This document shows positions 10,989 through 23,857 of a stretch of DNA of 64,000 nt, in pieces; positions within the stretch are counted from its first letter, which is position 1, and each line of letters starts with the position of its first letter. Position numbers and translations under genes: made by a program. The stretch lies in NCBI GenBank assembly GCA_010015805.1, contig ML978121.1, positions 1-64,000 of the forward strand, written 5' to 3'. The notes beneath the pieces are model-generated. The model saw only the letters and a program-made list of their open reading frames with translations, had not been told where the DNA came from and made no database searches. Source of the stretch: Rhizodiscina lignyota. Taxonomy: Eukaryota.

Positions 10989-12746
10989 TCAACTCTCGTC
11001 CACGTAGCCAAGAGCCTCTCCCACCTTGACTTTCTGCCCAGTGTCAATCTTCCAGCGCCAGTCTCCTTTGCGCTCTTCACCATCTACAAAGCCTTCATCA
11101 AAGCTTTTCCTGCGACCCTTTGGCGCTTCGAATACCAGCACTATCGTGCTGCCCAGTTGAAAGCCGCCCATTTCCTCTCCTCTGCTTAAGGCGTGCCCCC
11201 CAAGCAGTTTGCTCGCTCCTTCATATGTTGCTTCTGCAAACCCAGTATACTGCTCTCCTCTTGCGGCTGCTTGTTCCGCCGCCTTGTCGGCTGCCGTGTC
11301 AGTCGTTAAGCTGTTTGTCCTCAGCTCTGCGTCGAAGTTGACGCGGATTGATCCAACATTGGTCGCGCCGACTGGGGTGTATGAGAAGAACCCCCATCGC
11401 CAGCGCCCCAGGAGTACGACGCGCTCGTTCAGCGTGAAGAGGCCAGGCAATGTCCGGACGAGATACGGCGAAACGGAGTAGAGCTCACCTGCGAAGTGAC
11501 GGCGCTTCTCTACCACCCACGAGACTGGTGAGTGGAAGCGATGGTAATCTCCAGGCGCAAGGTAGATGACGCAGTAATACAATGCCGTGGGCGCCTTGGC
11601 CGACCGCGGATACCACCAAGGCGTGGCTGCCTCAGAGAGGGCAAGGTCAGCGCGCACCTCAGCCTCGGACGACGGCAGAGGCGTGGTATGCTGATCGGTC
11701 GGGACGGTGGCTTTCTTGCCTGGGCTCTTTTCGTTGCCTGAGAGCAGGTTGGGGAGAGTGTACGAGATGTCGTTGATCTGAGCAAACTCCTCGTCCGCGC
11801 GGATGACCTCCTCGTCTCCGTGCTTCTCGCGCTCGCCTCTGCGGTAGGACGGGGCCAGATGAGCAGTCGGAGGTACTGGCGTCGAAGTACCCGAGCCAGG
11901 ACGCTGCGAGCCCAGCAACGCATCTAAGCTGTATGTGACGCCCTTGATCTGCTCCACCTCGCCATGCTCAATTGTTCCGAACTGCACTATCTTCCCATCT
12001 GCGGGTGACAAGACGGCTGTCGGGTTTGGGTCGAGCGGGCGACAGCCAGGTTTGAGTTCGCGATAGAAGAACGCTGCGAGGTTTGGATACACATGGAGGT
12101 CATCCTCCGCGACTTCTTTGAGGCTGCGGATTCGTTAGCGGTGCACGCTTCCGATGGCAGGGGGCCAGCTTACTTGACACCGAAGATCCACGAGTACAGT
12201 TTGAAGCCGGCTGGCCGCAGGTAGTATGGCAGCGGTATCTCGTTGAACTTGCCCCATAGACGTGATAGCGCCTTTAGGGGGAGTGTCGACATGAACTGTA
12301 CAGTCCTGTGCCTGGCGATAAGCCCCAATTTCCGCAATACTGCCCGGTGCTGCGTACCATGGCCCGCTGGGTCTGATCCTCGGCCTCTTCTTTGGCCGCC
12401 GTCCGTCGCCTAGTGCACTGTCTGCGTCGCTCTCCTCCTCCTCCTCCTCCATACGGGCCCTCTCACGAGATCGGACGCGCTGGAACTGCAAGAAGCCCAG
12501 GAAGGCGATGCCGACGCCGACCGGGATGGGGTACCACTGGATCTTGGTGTTGGCGAGCGCGGTGCGTAACCGCGAGCCGAAGCTCTCCTTGCGATGCTGC
12601 TGCGAGCGGCATCCTGACGCGCTGAAGGACCGACGCTGCGGCAACTGGAGGTTGCGCTGCGTGGCATGACGGTAGAGAACTACATGCCGCGAGAGGCGGG
12701 CGCCTCGCGGCCGAAGCATCGTTGGGATGCTGCTCACGAGGGACAT
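10989..12746 (-). CDS. PSD1: Mitochondrial phosphatidylserine decarboxylase; 3 exons
   Basis: SPADGK, IYLAPGDYHRFHSP, VGATNVGSI and the autocatalytic FQLGST motif. Presequence and one TM segment. Introns near 12306-12356 and 12124-12173. Confidence 0.93.
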
Positions 12747-12982
12747 GTTGCGTTATTATCCGGGCAGTAATCGAGGAGACATGACGGCGGAAGGTTGGTG
12801 GAGTCAAGTGCAGGAGGAATGACGAAAGGCCGCGGAGGTGAGGTGTCCGCAACGGCGCTAACGCCCACCGCCCCCAAATTGGAACTTGGCATCACGTCTT
12901 GACATCTCGAAGCTGGGATCCACAGACTAGTATGGCATCAAGACCACTTAGTTTATCTAGGGATATTCTCCAACTCAATCGT

Positions 12983-15272
12983 CTACTTCTGCATATTTGG
13001 CCTTCTTCCCTGGATAGTAAGGACCGTCTCCACGAACGCCCGGTTCAAGTGCCGCTTCTTCCTCATAGCCAGCAGCTGCGCCGTCTTCAGCACGTTCTTG
13101 ATCTGCCTCCCGTTTAGCTGCACCAGCGACAGCTCGTCCAAGTCCCTGTCTGAAAGGTCGCTCTCGTGCGCGGCCGTCTTGATAAAGTTGGCCCAGATAT
13201 GTCGGCGAGAGGAGTCGTTGAGATCGGGGTATGGAATGGAGACGTGGATCCGCGATTCGAACGCGGCGTCGATGTTATCAACTCGGTTTGTCGTCATGAA
13301 CAAGATGCCCTCATAGTACTCCAGAACCCGTAGGAAGATGGATACCATTTGGTTCCTCTCCAGATCATGCTCCGAGCGAGCTTCTAGGAAGACATCGCAT
13401 TCGTCGATAAGCAGAACCGCGTTCCATCGGGATACCAGCTCCAGCGCCCGAGTCAGCGCCTGTTCGACTTGCCACGGGGCGGAGCCCAAGTCCCCAGATG
13501 TGATGGAATGCAACGGACAGCGCATATGTTCGGCCACAGCCTCCGCGGTTAGCGTTTTCCCGACACCTGGAGACCCAGACAGCAGCATGATGATGCCCCT
13601 GCCCTTTCCCGCAATCACGTCGTCAAACGCAGCGCGATTGAGGACCTGGCTCTCTGAGAACGCGAGCACCATGTCTTTCTGATCATCGGGGAGGACAAGG
13701 CTGTCGAAAGCGTTGTTGTTCCACTTGATATCGGACACGAGCGGGACAAAGAAATCGAGCCACTTCTTAGTCTTAAGCGAGTATCCTCGCACCCGAGATC
13801 TGCACAGCATTTGATGGTATGGAGTGAGCTTAACGCGCTTCGGCTCATCGCTCTTGTAGTTGACCGTTGTCTCGCTGTACGACAACGCGCTCTCGCCATC
13901 GATGCCATCGTCTTTTGGCCCGTCATCATTGCCATTGGATGCGTTGTGCTTGGAAAGCTTCTCAACGTCTTTCTCGTTGAAGTTATTAATATAGCGACAC
14001 TCGTACGGAGAGAATCGGTTGAACGAGCCTGTGTCAACGATTATTCGTCCGGACAGTTGTATGGTCTTCTCGTTCCCTCTGTCATCCCACGTAATCGCTT
14101 GGCCATCATACCTGGGTCGAGACTTAGCATTGCGCGCTTCGCAGCGTGTAGGAGCTGGGTACTTACGCTTTGTAGTGATGCCCTGCCAGTTGCTCGAACT
14201 TCTTGCCTCTGTCGACGAGGCTGGCTTCCAGGCGTTCTTTGCCTTCAAAGAAAGGGAGCGGCATCGCTTTTAGGTTGACAATCTTCTTTGTGCCAGAGAA
14301 CGTGGGCAGGAAGATCTCCTCGGTGTACCGGCCAAAATTCTCTCCATCCCACTCAACGCAGTCACAGTCAAGCCGCAAGAACACACCGCACTGAAGTTTG
14401 ACATACTCCGAATTGATGAGCTCAAAGGCTGACAGGGGTCCTTTATGTGCTGCAACGATGACTCCGCCCGGCTGGAAGATCATCCAGAGCGACTCGAACG
14501 TAATGACTCCGTTGAGTACGTAATCTTCGAAATCCTTGATCTTGTCTCCAATCTCATATTTGAGAATATCGAAGAGGAGCCTCAGATGCTCTTGGGTGGT
14601 CTGGTCGAGGTCTGCACGTTTCATGAATTTGAGGAATGAAGCCCATCGGTGGATAAACGGTGCAAACGGGGCGTCGAAGACCAAACGGTGCAGCTCGCAA
14701 GTGACTCCAGGATAGTCGTCTAAGATCTCGCTAAGGGCTCCCTTCAGCCACGGGCTCTGAATTACGATGGAGTGCGCTTCGAGCTTCTTCCGACTATCCT
14801 TGCTCTTTTGACTCCTCACGATGAGAGCAAACTTCTCGGTCTCTTCGTTCTCCGCCGCCTCCTTGACCTACTCGCATTATGATGATTAGCGTACGGACCT
14901 GGGTTAATGGGAAATTGCGCAGTGTCTGCGATCCCAGAGGCCTTATGATATGCTGAAGTGATTGTACAGCCGACTCACATCCTTCGGGTACTCATCTACC
15001 CACGTCCACTCGCCATCCTCGTCTTGGGCGGAGCGGTAGATGCTCTTGACGGTGGAGACAGATCCTTTCTCCACTTCAACTGTTCCATCGGCTTTGGATT
15101 CGCCATTGACAGTGTCCGAGTCGCTACTGTCAGCGCTCGAGTCGCCATTGGCGGTCGATAAGCAGTTCACCCCTTTCGCCACTTCGCCATGAACCACTAG
15201 GTCAACCGCCTTGGACCCGGCTGCAAGGCTAGGAGCAGCGTCGGAGACAGTCAATTCCACCATCTTTGCCAT
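12983..15272 (-). CDS. Fungal AAA+ ATPase with N-terminal accessory domain; 3 exons
   Basis: Walker A GSPGVGKT, Walker B LLIDE, sensor TTNR, AFESRIH, NGRQIKN. Introns 14868-14978 and 14112-14166. Confidence 0.88.
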
Positions 15273-16403
15273 TGAGACGAGACTTGCGATTTACGATAAC
15301 TAGTGGCTCGGACGGAAATTCAAAGCGGGTGTATATGTTGGAAAGCGCCTTGGGGAGAACAGGAGGAGGATGAGAATCTCAGAATGGTGGAACTGCTCGA
15401 ATTTAAAGCGACATGATCGCTCTATTGGGCCTGAGAGCACTCATTACGTTGACCTGTGAAGAGTCATAATACACGCTCGTTGTTGCCTTGCAGCTGCCGG
15501 TGTCCAAGCTCAGCAAATGGGGGCGGCTCATGTTGTGGCTGTGAGTCCAATTCGTAGCTGCCATTGATCGCATGGGGCTCCGATGCAATTCGTGAACTAT
15601 TACCGCAGTCTGCAGATCGTTGTGTGCATTGTTTGAGCGGCTTCATTCAACGAGTGCTACTGGATTGCTACCTGGAGGCCCGCCTTCGGTGGGGTCGCGC
15701 ATGCCTACCAAGGCAGCCAGCCGGTCCTGCAAAGCCACCGTGCCTCCAGCTGAGCCAGGCGCCCTGCTCTATGTGCTTTCAGGATCCACTCTGCATATGT
15801 ATCAGCGTATGGGGGCTTTGCTGCCTCTCTGCTTACGAAGGAGCTGGCGAGTGAACAGCTGCGGAGCCACGCTATCAGGTTGCGCCCAACAAGCTTCCTC
15901 ACATTGCATTCGAGATTGTCAGCGCGTTGCCTGCCCAGCCTGCCCAGCCTGCCCCACAAAGATTTGCCTCTCGGTGTCGTGGAAAAGGGATGCAAGTCTC
16001 GTCTCTTGCTGCACGGAGACCAGTTCCCTTGTGCTCTGTCACTCTGCCGAAGCGTCGCGTTCGGCTTAGAGTGACTTCGGCGCACCTCCGTCACACCGCC
16101 ACCTGCAACACCGGCCCGAGTCGCACGAAGGAAGCATAGCAGATACTGGCACTGCACTTTTTGTGTTCAATGTCAAGAGCCTGAGTTACACTGAATAAGC
16201 GCATCACGTACATATAGGCTTTCTCACTCCTTGATTCCTCCCTCAATCAACCTACTCCGTTGTGACGAGAACACTTCTCCTCAGATCCTCTTCTTCGTAC
16301 CCTGACATTCGATAACTAACTTTGCACGCACTTCCACTCGGTCCCACCGTGTCCTAGCTGTTCCGAATCCGAACAAATTACCATAACTTACACTCTCTCA
16401 GCC

Positions 16404-17192
16404 ATGGAATCTGGAACATCAAGTCTTCGACGTTGTGATCAGTGCAAAACTACCGAAGACCCTTCTAATCCTCTCAAAAACTGCGCCAAGTGCAAATCAG
16501 CACTCTACTGCAACCGCGGCTGTCAAAAGGAGGCCTGGAAAATGCACAAGAAAGTGTGTTCTGGGCTCGCTGCTGCTCGAAGCCAGGACACTGCGGACGG
16601 AAGCAGCGCTCGCCCTCCGTCGTCGTCAACTGCAAACACCAACGATCGAACTTCTCGTGGCCCTCTGCAGGACAACCCATACGGCAATGTTCAAGCCGCC
16701 TTCAAGGCACTCGATGACGGCACGTGGCTCGACAACTGCCCGCAGACAGATGCGTTTAAGCTCCTCGTGGATGCATATCGCCTGCGTGTAGAGGACGAGT
16801 ACAAGTTCGATGGCAATGTGGATGAGGACTCTCTGTACGGTAGCGGCGATCCTAAGATAGGGTTTCGTCGCTTTCTTCGCGCCGCGGAGCAGGTTCGCAA
16901 GCCCCTGCCAAGCTGGTGGTCTGCGGCCAAGCGTCTGGAGTGTGAGCGCTGGGCAGCGCAGCAGATGAGGGCTGGAGGAGGCTGGAGCGACTTGGGTTGT
17001 GCGGCGGAGAAGAGCGACATCGTCGACCATTATGGAGATTCGATGTTTCCGATGCAGTTGCGAATGTTGGCCGAGGAGATTGTCGGGTCGCCGGTGGGAG
17101 GCGGCCAACTCGGCGGCGGGGGCATGATGCGCGCCTTGATGGGTGCTGCAGGTGCTGAAGGTTTGAGCATGAGCCATTCGAATCTCTCTTGA
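16404..17192 (+). CDS. MYND-type zinc finger protein (SamB-like)
   Basis: CDQC..CAKC..YCNRGCQKEAWKMHKKVC MYND pattern, followed by a fungal domain (LVDAYRLRVEDEY, LPSWWS, PMQLRMLAE). Confidence 0.85.
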   Translation: MESGTSSLRRCDQCKTTEDPSNPLKNCAKCKSALYCNRGCQKEAWKMHKKVCSGLAAARSQDTADGSSARPPSSSTANTNDRTSRGPLQDNPYGNVQAAFKALDDGTWLDNCPQTDAFKLLVDAYRLRVEDEYKFDGNVDEDSLYGSGDPKIGFRRFLRAAEQVRKPLPSWWSAAKRLECERWAAQQMRAGGGWSDLGCAAEKSDIVDHYGDSMFPMQLRMLAEEIVGSPVGGGQLGGGGMMRALMGAAGAEGLSMSHSNLS

Positions 17193-17343
17193 AAGTGCTA
17201 AACTGGCTGAGTGACGGGAACAGCGGTTTGATAAGAATGGGAGAGAGGATGTGGACCAATATACGGGTTTACATCAGTAGTGGCCTAGTTTAGAGCCAGC
17301 CAGAGAGAACATTCCGACAGATAACAAACCAAGGTTACGACAA

Positions 17344-18341
17344 TCAGACATATAGACTCGTCAAGGCATCACCCAGCCGATATCCATCCAATCGAAAACT
17401 TGCTAACATCTTCCCGAACTCTACGAAGCCGACAGGAGTATCAGGCGGCCGAAACGCAAACCTATGGCCACTGTTCAGAGTGGTATTCTGGATACCGCTA
17501 TAACGACCATCGCATTTCTGGGATGCGATGGGATCGATCGCGGCGTCGGTCTGCGTGGCTGAGTCTGCATAACAGGGAAGACGCTGCTCTTGGATAGAGC
17601 CCATAGACTCATCCAAAGATTCGATGAACGAACTCCTTGAGCTGCTCTCGGCAGATGAGTTTCGCGATATTGTGTTGACCGCCCCGATAGAGCCTTTTCT
17701 GGATCGTTCGTATCTTCGACTGTAGTATCCGGGGCTGAATGTCAAGCTGCGCGACGCCTCTCTGGGTCTCGTCTCACTTCCGCTTGTGTTAGATCTAGGC
17801 CGAGAACTACCGCTCGTCGGCGATCTTAGAGATCGTGCTGTTACGAAATCGAATCTTGGGACTGTGCTGTCCAGCGCTAGCGTCATTGTTCGACGATTCG
17901 GATCTGTGCTTCGCGAGGACCGGGGGCTATTATCGGTATCATTGTTGCCTGAAGACTCGCCGCTCCTCTCGTATGAGATCCTGCCATTACAGTCTGATGC
18001 GAAGAAGTCATCTCCATGGCCGAAGAGCACCTGCAAGGACGCAAAGTCTCGCGTTTCGCCTGTCGGTGGGAAGAGCCATGCCTTCAGCTCTGGTGGAAGT
18101 TTCGAATGCGACTGCCGATACTGGCCCGCCCGATTTCGCCAGCACAGGTAGTATCGCCCGAATGCGCCAAAGGCGACTGTGATCACTTCGGAGAGGCTTT
18201 CGGCGTCGGCGGGATCGCTCGGGAGAGTTGTGAGGAATTCGCGCAACTGGTCTAGGCTGGTGGGACTCAGTGGACCGAACTGAAGGTGTCGAAAGGGAAG
18301 AAAAACCTCATCAGAGTACCGGACAGTCGATCAGAATTCAT
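17344..18341 (-). CDS. Hypothetical fungal protein (5' end uncertain)
   Basis: 300-codon ORF with a globular N-terminal part (VAFGAFGRYY, LPPELKAWLF, FGHGDDFFASD) and a Ser/Arg-rich tail. A short upstream exon MNSDRLS splices in-frame. Confidence 0.65.
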
Positions 18342-19016
18342 GGTCGAGTCATCGTGGGTCGCTGTCGAACTCTCACGTGGCACCGCTCCAGCTTCAACTT
18401 TGCCAGCAAGAAGGGATCTTACAGTGCACAAAACTTTGCCGCCCGCTCGCGCTCACTGGACCATTTCATTTCTAAAGCGAGACAATGCATTCTTGCGAAC
18501 GGGCCATATCATACGATGACACGCGTCTCTGGCGCGATGATGGCACCACGTGCATTCGACGATTTGTGTTTCATCTTTGTTTGGGGTGAATCGTGATACG
18601 CCGAGGAGAGACTTCAAGCAATGGTACAACGTACTCAAGCGAAGGTACAACGTACAACTGCAACTTTGCCTTTGAGACGTCCGAGACCTCGTTCTATGTA
18701 AAGTGGATCCTTTTGTTAGGGCATTGTCTTTTATTTGTTTTTGTCACAAATGATGGCGTCTACGGAAAATTCATGGCAACGTCCTCCGCTTATTCCACGT
18801 CTCGGAGCGTCGCGCAGGAACTATGCACACAGCGATTGGGTCTTTACAAACCCTAGCCCATGGCCAGAGACTTCCGGCTGAGTTTGGAAGCGTGGCTATT
18901 GCAAAAATACGACGTTCTGCAGATTGGTGCGGAGAAAGACATCGAAGTACTCGCTTGAGCTCCCGCTGCATGGAGATAAGATTATATCTGCTCACTCACT
19001 GCATAGAGCTCCCCCT

Positions 19017-19765
19017 TTAAGTTTGGTCTTCGGCATCAACCGATACATGCATATGTTTTTCGTCATGTGTGGTTGTTTGATCCTCCTTCCTAGCTTCTGC
19101 ATCCTTCTTATACCTGGTCTCCTTTCTCGACAACTCTATCTCAAGTATCCTTGTCTCTGGAGACACCTTTCCTTTCAGGCCGTCGTCTTCCACATCGAAG
19201 TAGACTGCCCAGATGTTTGGGCTCTCCTCTGCAGCGACAAACCCCTCCCATCCCTCGAAAGTTAGACGTCGGTCCTGCCGAGTACAGTCGAACGGGCCTG
19301 TAAGATTCGGTTGCGCATCAACGCGGACGCCGTATTTCACTTCATTCGTTTCTTTGTCGATGTAAATCCAATTCAGCATCGGAATATCGTCTCTAACGGT
19401 GGTCACGAGGCCTTCATAGGAGGCCTCTGGGTAAGGCAGATAGTAGCCAGTAAAGGGATGGCCAAATTGGATATCTCTTGGGGTTTCGGTATCGATGTAT
19501 AGCTGGGACATAGTCAGCCTTATCCTTGGGAGGAAACAGAGGAACGCCTGAGCCGAGATATCCTTACTTTGTTGTTCCTGAGTACAAGCTGCCGACCGTC
19601 GATCTCGCACCTCCGCGCTGAAGCTCTAACACATCTAGCCACTAGCTTGCAACGTCTCGCTCGATGCTCCTCTCTCTTCTCCTTTGCTTGTGCTTGCCTG
19701 ATCGCTTCCTGTGTCCCCATTAACCCCGGTGCTGCGCAGAGTGCGATAATGATGGAGAGCACCAT
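19017..19765 (-). CDS. Conserved hypothetical fungal protein; 2 exons
   Basis: Hydrophobic N-terminus, EAIRQAQ..RCKLVARC, intron ~19504-19568, then HPFTGYYLPYP, MLNWIYID, LTFEGWEGFVA. Confidence 0.8.
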
Positions 19766-20493
19766 AAGCGCGTTTTTCTTGGTTACCGCGTGATACGGCG
19801 GAACGGTGTAGTTCTATAGGCACGCTGTGAGGATATCACTTGCCAGATGTTCTGCCAAAGTCGCCAACCCCACGAGACTGACTTTACCATGTTTTCGCTT
19901 GTCGTGCAGAGAAAATAAGGCTATCGTACGACCATCACCCGAGTCGATCACAACCATTGTGGTCTTGAAACCTTTTGTTTCGAAAAGGCTGAAACTATAT
20001 CTTGCAAACGCATAGGGCTTGGTATTGTCTGGTTTTGCTCAATGATATACAGGATTTTGAGTAAAGGGACGCGTTAACACCTCTGCCTACTGAGGCAGTC
20101 AACGAAGTTTTGTACAGAAAGTGCGTGTTGTATTGCAGTTGTAGCTAGCTCTTGGTATGACTTCGGCAAGTCACCTGAAAAGGGTGTCTGCCCTTCCACT
20201 GGCGCACGGTCAACAATTCCATACTCTATCAGTTTCAAACTGAATAGGAGGAATGCTATCTCGCACAGTGATGTTTCGTTGACACTACATACGGAAACTT
20301 ATGTTTGAGAGCGTGAACGGACAACAGTCTGGTGAGCTCTGCTGATCCATCAACTGCCAGTTCTGGACTGCCATTCTCGAATCTGCAGATGAAAGACGCT
20401 CGGTATAAAGATGTTGGCCAGAACGTAGGTTAGTTCTCATGCACCTTGAAAAGAAAATACTTAATATCAGTTTTGAAAACATTATCATCCATA

Positions 20494-20889
20494 ATGGCGA
20501 CGTAAGAAGCCCTCTGACATCCCTAGTTTGCGGGACAATACTATCCGATCTGCTAACCTTTTGGCTAGCCAAACTGCCGCGTACAATTCTGTCGATAGTA
20601 ACAGCGAAGATGGTCAAGCAAATGGGGGGCGTAAGGCTGTCGGCGCTGTCAGTTCCCTACCCCAACCGCCAACTTCCAGCGGCCTATCCGCGCCTCCAGG
20701 TAAGCACATGGACTGACTCAATGTTGATCGAGTACTAAAGGGACTGCAGGCCAACTGCTGAAGGGTGCAACGGACAATGAGGGAAACCTGAAAGATGCCG
20801 CACTGATGGTCGGAATCAAGCTGGATTTGGAGGCTGAGATCCACTTGACTGCAAGAATTCGCGGAGATATCACAATCGGCCTATACTAA
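20494..20889 (+). CDS. Small 92-aa protein with conserved fungal C-terminal motif (KLDLEAEIHLTARIRGDITIGLY); 3 exons; not in ORF track
   Basis: Exons 20494-20501, 20569-20699, 20750-20889. Both introns have GTAAG donors, CTAA branch sites and YAG acceptors. Spliced length 279 nt, open to TAA. Confidence 0.8.
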
Positions 20890-21426
20890 CGGTGGGCAAG
20901 CATCGTTTATCAAATTTACAAAGTCTTTTAGCGAGCCTCTGCTCCTCCGTGTAGACTGCGTCTCAAATGCAATCCGATATGCTCTACACGTTTTTTCATC
21001 ATTGCGGGTTTTAAATTAGTAAAGTCTACCTTATGTTTCAGTGAGTATAGAATTGATGCCAAGATCTCGTGGGGTATCCAAATGAAGCGGATCCATCATG
21101 GCTCGGACGGGTTGTCCTCATTAACGCTCCGATTGCCCTGGCTTTCTGTACCCAGCTGCGTAATGTCGTGAAGGACATTAAGACACTTCTTTTGCAGTTG
21201 AAGAAGTGGGGGCCCTCTGTGCTACTTGGAGGGCTGGGAAACCTTGCTCTTATGAACACCCATTTGAATGTCAGGGCAAAAGCTGAATAGCACATGCGCA
21301 GTCTTCTCATTAAGAGCGCCTTCTCTCGGCGGGATTATTCATTGAGAGTTACTAGTCCCGGACCCTCTTGGAAACTTGACGGGTGCCCAGTTGTAATACT
21401 CAAGTTGCAATTCGATGACGTTAGAT

Positions 21427-23783
21427 TCACATATCGAAGCTTGTCTGTAAGGGTGCGAAGAAATCCACACTGCCATCCATTATCATCCAGCTGGGGTCAT
21501 CCTCCAATCTTTCTGGTATCCAAGGTAGAAATGAATTCATTTCGGAGTTTGCCTCGCCACCGACGGAAAGCTCATGGCCAGTAAGAAGAGTACTCCAGGG
21601 CTCATCTCGAAGGGGAAGCTCTGAACATTGTATGTTCTCTTTTTGCTGTCTTTGTGAGCCCCCTGAGCTTGTTTGACAATTAGTGGCTTCATCGATCGTA
21701 GGTTGTTCCGATGGATGAAGGACAACTCCTGAGTTTGTTTGCTCGACCAGCTCTGTATTCGCTCGGCACGTATTTTCGTCCCATGGCGTCGTGGGATTTG
21801 GTCTCCCTAACAAGTGAAGAATGACTGCAACGCATTTGGCCGCTGTCGGCGTGCTCCGCGTTCTTCTTAGGACTTCCAAGCCGAAGTCTAGCCGTGCACT
21901 GGCTTCATGCAGAAATTGGACACTGCTTGAACGCCGCGTTCTGTGTTCAAGCTGGCTTTCTTTGAAATCCAGAACGTTAATGGTAGAGGCCACGAACATT
22001 GTATACGACTGCTGAAACGTGATGAAACTATATCCGAAGCGCCGAACGTGCAGCGTAAAAAGGGCATCAGTCATTTTTGCCGCCTCGGTGCATCGTGCTT
22101 TGGCCAACGGTGAGCGCCCCCGATAAGGTCGGCACAGTAGAATGACTGCCATTTGATACAACAAATTAAGTAGCAGTATATGTAGAGGTGGACACAGCGT
22201 AGGGCCAGCGTTGGGATCGACGATGAGTTCGGGGGGTGATTGTAATCGCCAGGCGTCCAGTCTCTCAAGGGAGTCTGATAGATATTCCAAGGGGTACTCT
22301 TTATCTAAAAAGCGAGCCCTTTCGTAAAGCTCATGGCAAATGTCATTCACTACCACACATAGCCGGCAGTAAACGACGAAGCGAGTGTTGCTCAGCGCCT
22401 TTTGAATGACTAGATGATTTGTTATAGGAGCTTGCGCAATCGGATACCATGCCTGTAGATTTCAGCTCGAACGTAGGCATTATGATGTGGCGTGATGCAT
22501 TCTCACCTCATCGTCTGCATCCTTTCCGTCCAGGAGACCTCCAACCTCTAGGGGATCGATGTGGTCAACTATCATTGGGCTCCGGCCTAGGCAGACACTA
22601 ATGGTCTTGTCCCAGCAGTAACAGGCCCAGAAGACTTGCTGCCTGAGCCGGAGGTCCTCATCGGAGAACTGACGTGCGAGAGGGCCAAGTCTCTTAAGTG
22701 GAATATGCATCCCCAAGTCTCTCATCATGCGGAATGCCATGCCACTGTAGAGCCACCCTTGAGATGTCCTGCCACAAGCACTCTCACGTGCCGATAATAT
22801 CAGCAGGCCCTGGACGGTCGAAATGGAACTCCCACTGTCAACTTCTTCCAAAAGAAACTGCAAGCTCTTCGCAGCGAAGTGAGCACCAAGGTCGTCGGCA
22901 TTGGGACGTGTCGACCAGCGAGCTGCCTGGGTAAGAATGGTGCTGAGAAGAAATGCAGAAGCGTGTGGACCATCGGTATAGAGATCCCCTGCTCCCGTCA
23001 GTAAAAGCATCTTTGGGCACAGATCGCTGTGAGACGCACGGAGGAATATTTTCTTGGACAGAACGCAATGCAAGTGATGTGGCCAACGCCAGTAAGAATC
23101 AAGGAGTTGTCCCAGAATGCTTGGATCCAGCGAGCTCATAAATAGCGCAAGCGTGGTAGATTTGTGAGTGAGGGATCCGTTAGAGGACGGCTCGGATTCA
23201 AGCTTATCGCCTGGGCTGACCGGCGCGTCGATGTGGTACAGACTCGTCCTCCCATAAAAGCACACACTTCCATTTTCGTCTACAGAAGTCTCATCCAGAG
23301 GCTCGCTGCGGTCCACAACGTGCGACACAGAATGCGCGGCAGACTGAGGAGGCTCATTGGATGCTTGCTGGCTGGATGGGACTGCTCTACCACTTCCACG
23401 GCTGTCCGCCACGATCGGCTCGTCGAGCAAAGCATCGCGCTCATTTTCTTCGCAGATCCGGAGTTGTCGAAATCGTTCTTTGTAGGCCGTCAACTCATTC
23501 TGGAGAGACACGGCGAATGCCACGGAAGGGCGGCTTGTCCGCTGTCAGGGCGTCCATTCAGAAGAGCACATCTGATCAGCACATACTTGATGTAAATGCA
23601 GTTTTCGTCTACTGCGAGGCACCGTCGGCAAGCCGGAAAGCCACCGTCGCATTTCGCCTTCCGCCGTCGACAGTTACAGCAGGCAAAGCCGTAACGTCGC
23701 TGTTGTTTCCGCGAAGGCCGCCCGTCTGCCCGCGAAGATACCGGTGCTTCGAGTGGGGCTTGCTCTGACGGCGTGCCACTCAT
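21427..23783 (-). CDS. Zn(II)2Cys6 transcription factor with fungal-specific TF domain (NirA-like architecture); 4 exons
   Basis: ACCNCRRRKAKCDGGFPACRRC..C; TVQGLLILS..GWLYSGMAFRMMRDLGMH..VFWACYCWDK..LGR. Confidence 0.88.
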
Positions 23784-23857
23784 TGCGACGCGCAACAGGT
23801 TTATATGAACGCGACCATGGAGCAAAGACACACTCGTTCGCCCAAATAATGCTCGAG

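Noticed and set aside
15400..16160. Several 60-150 aa ORFs and a CTGCCCAGC tandem repeat between the AAA ATPase and MYND genes
   Set aside because: Overlapping Cys/Arg/Ser-rich translations typical of non-coding divergent promoter DNA.
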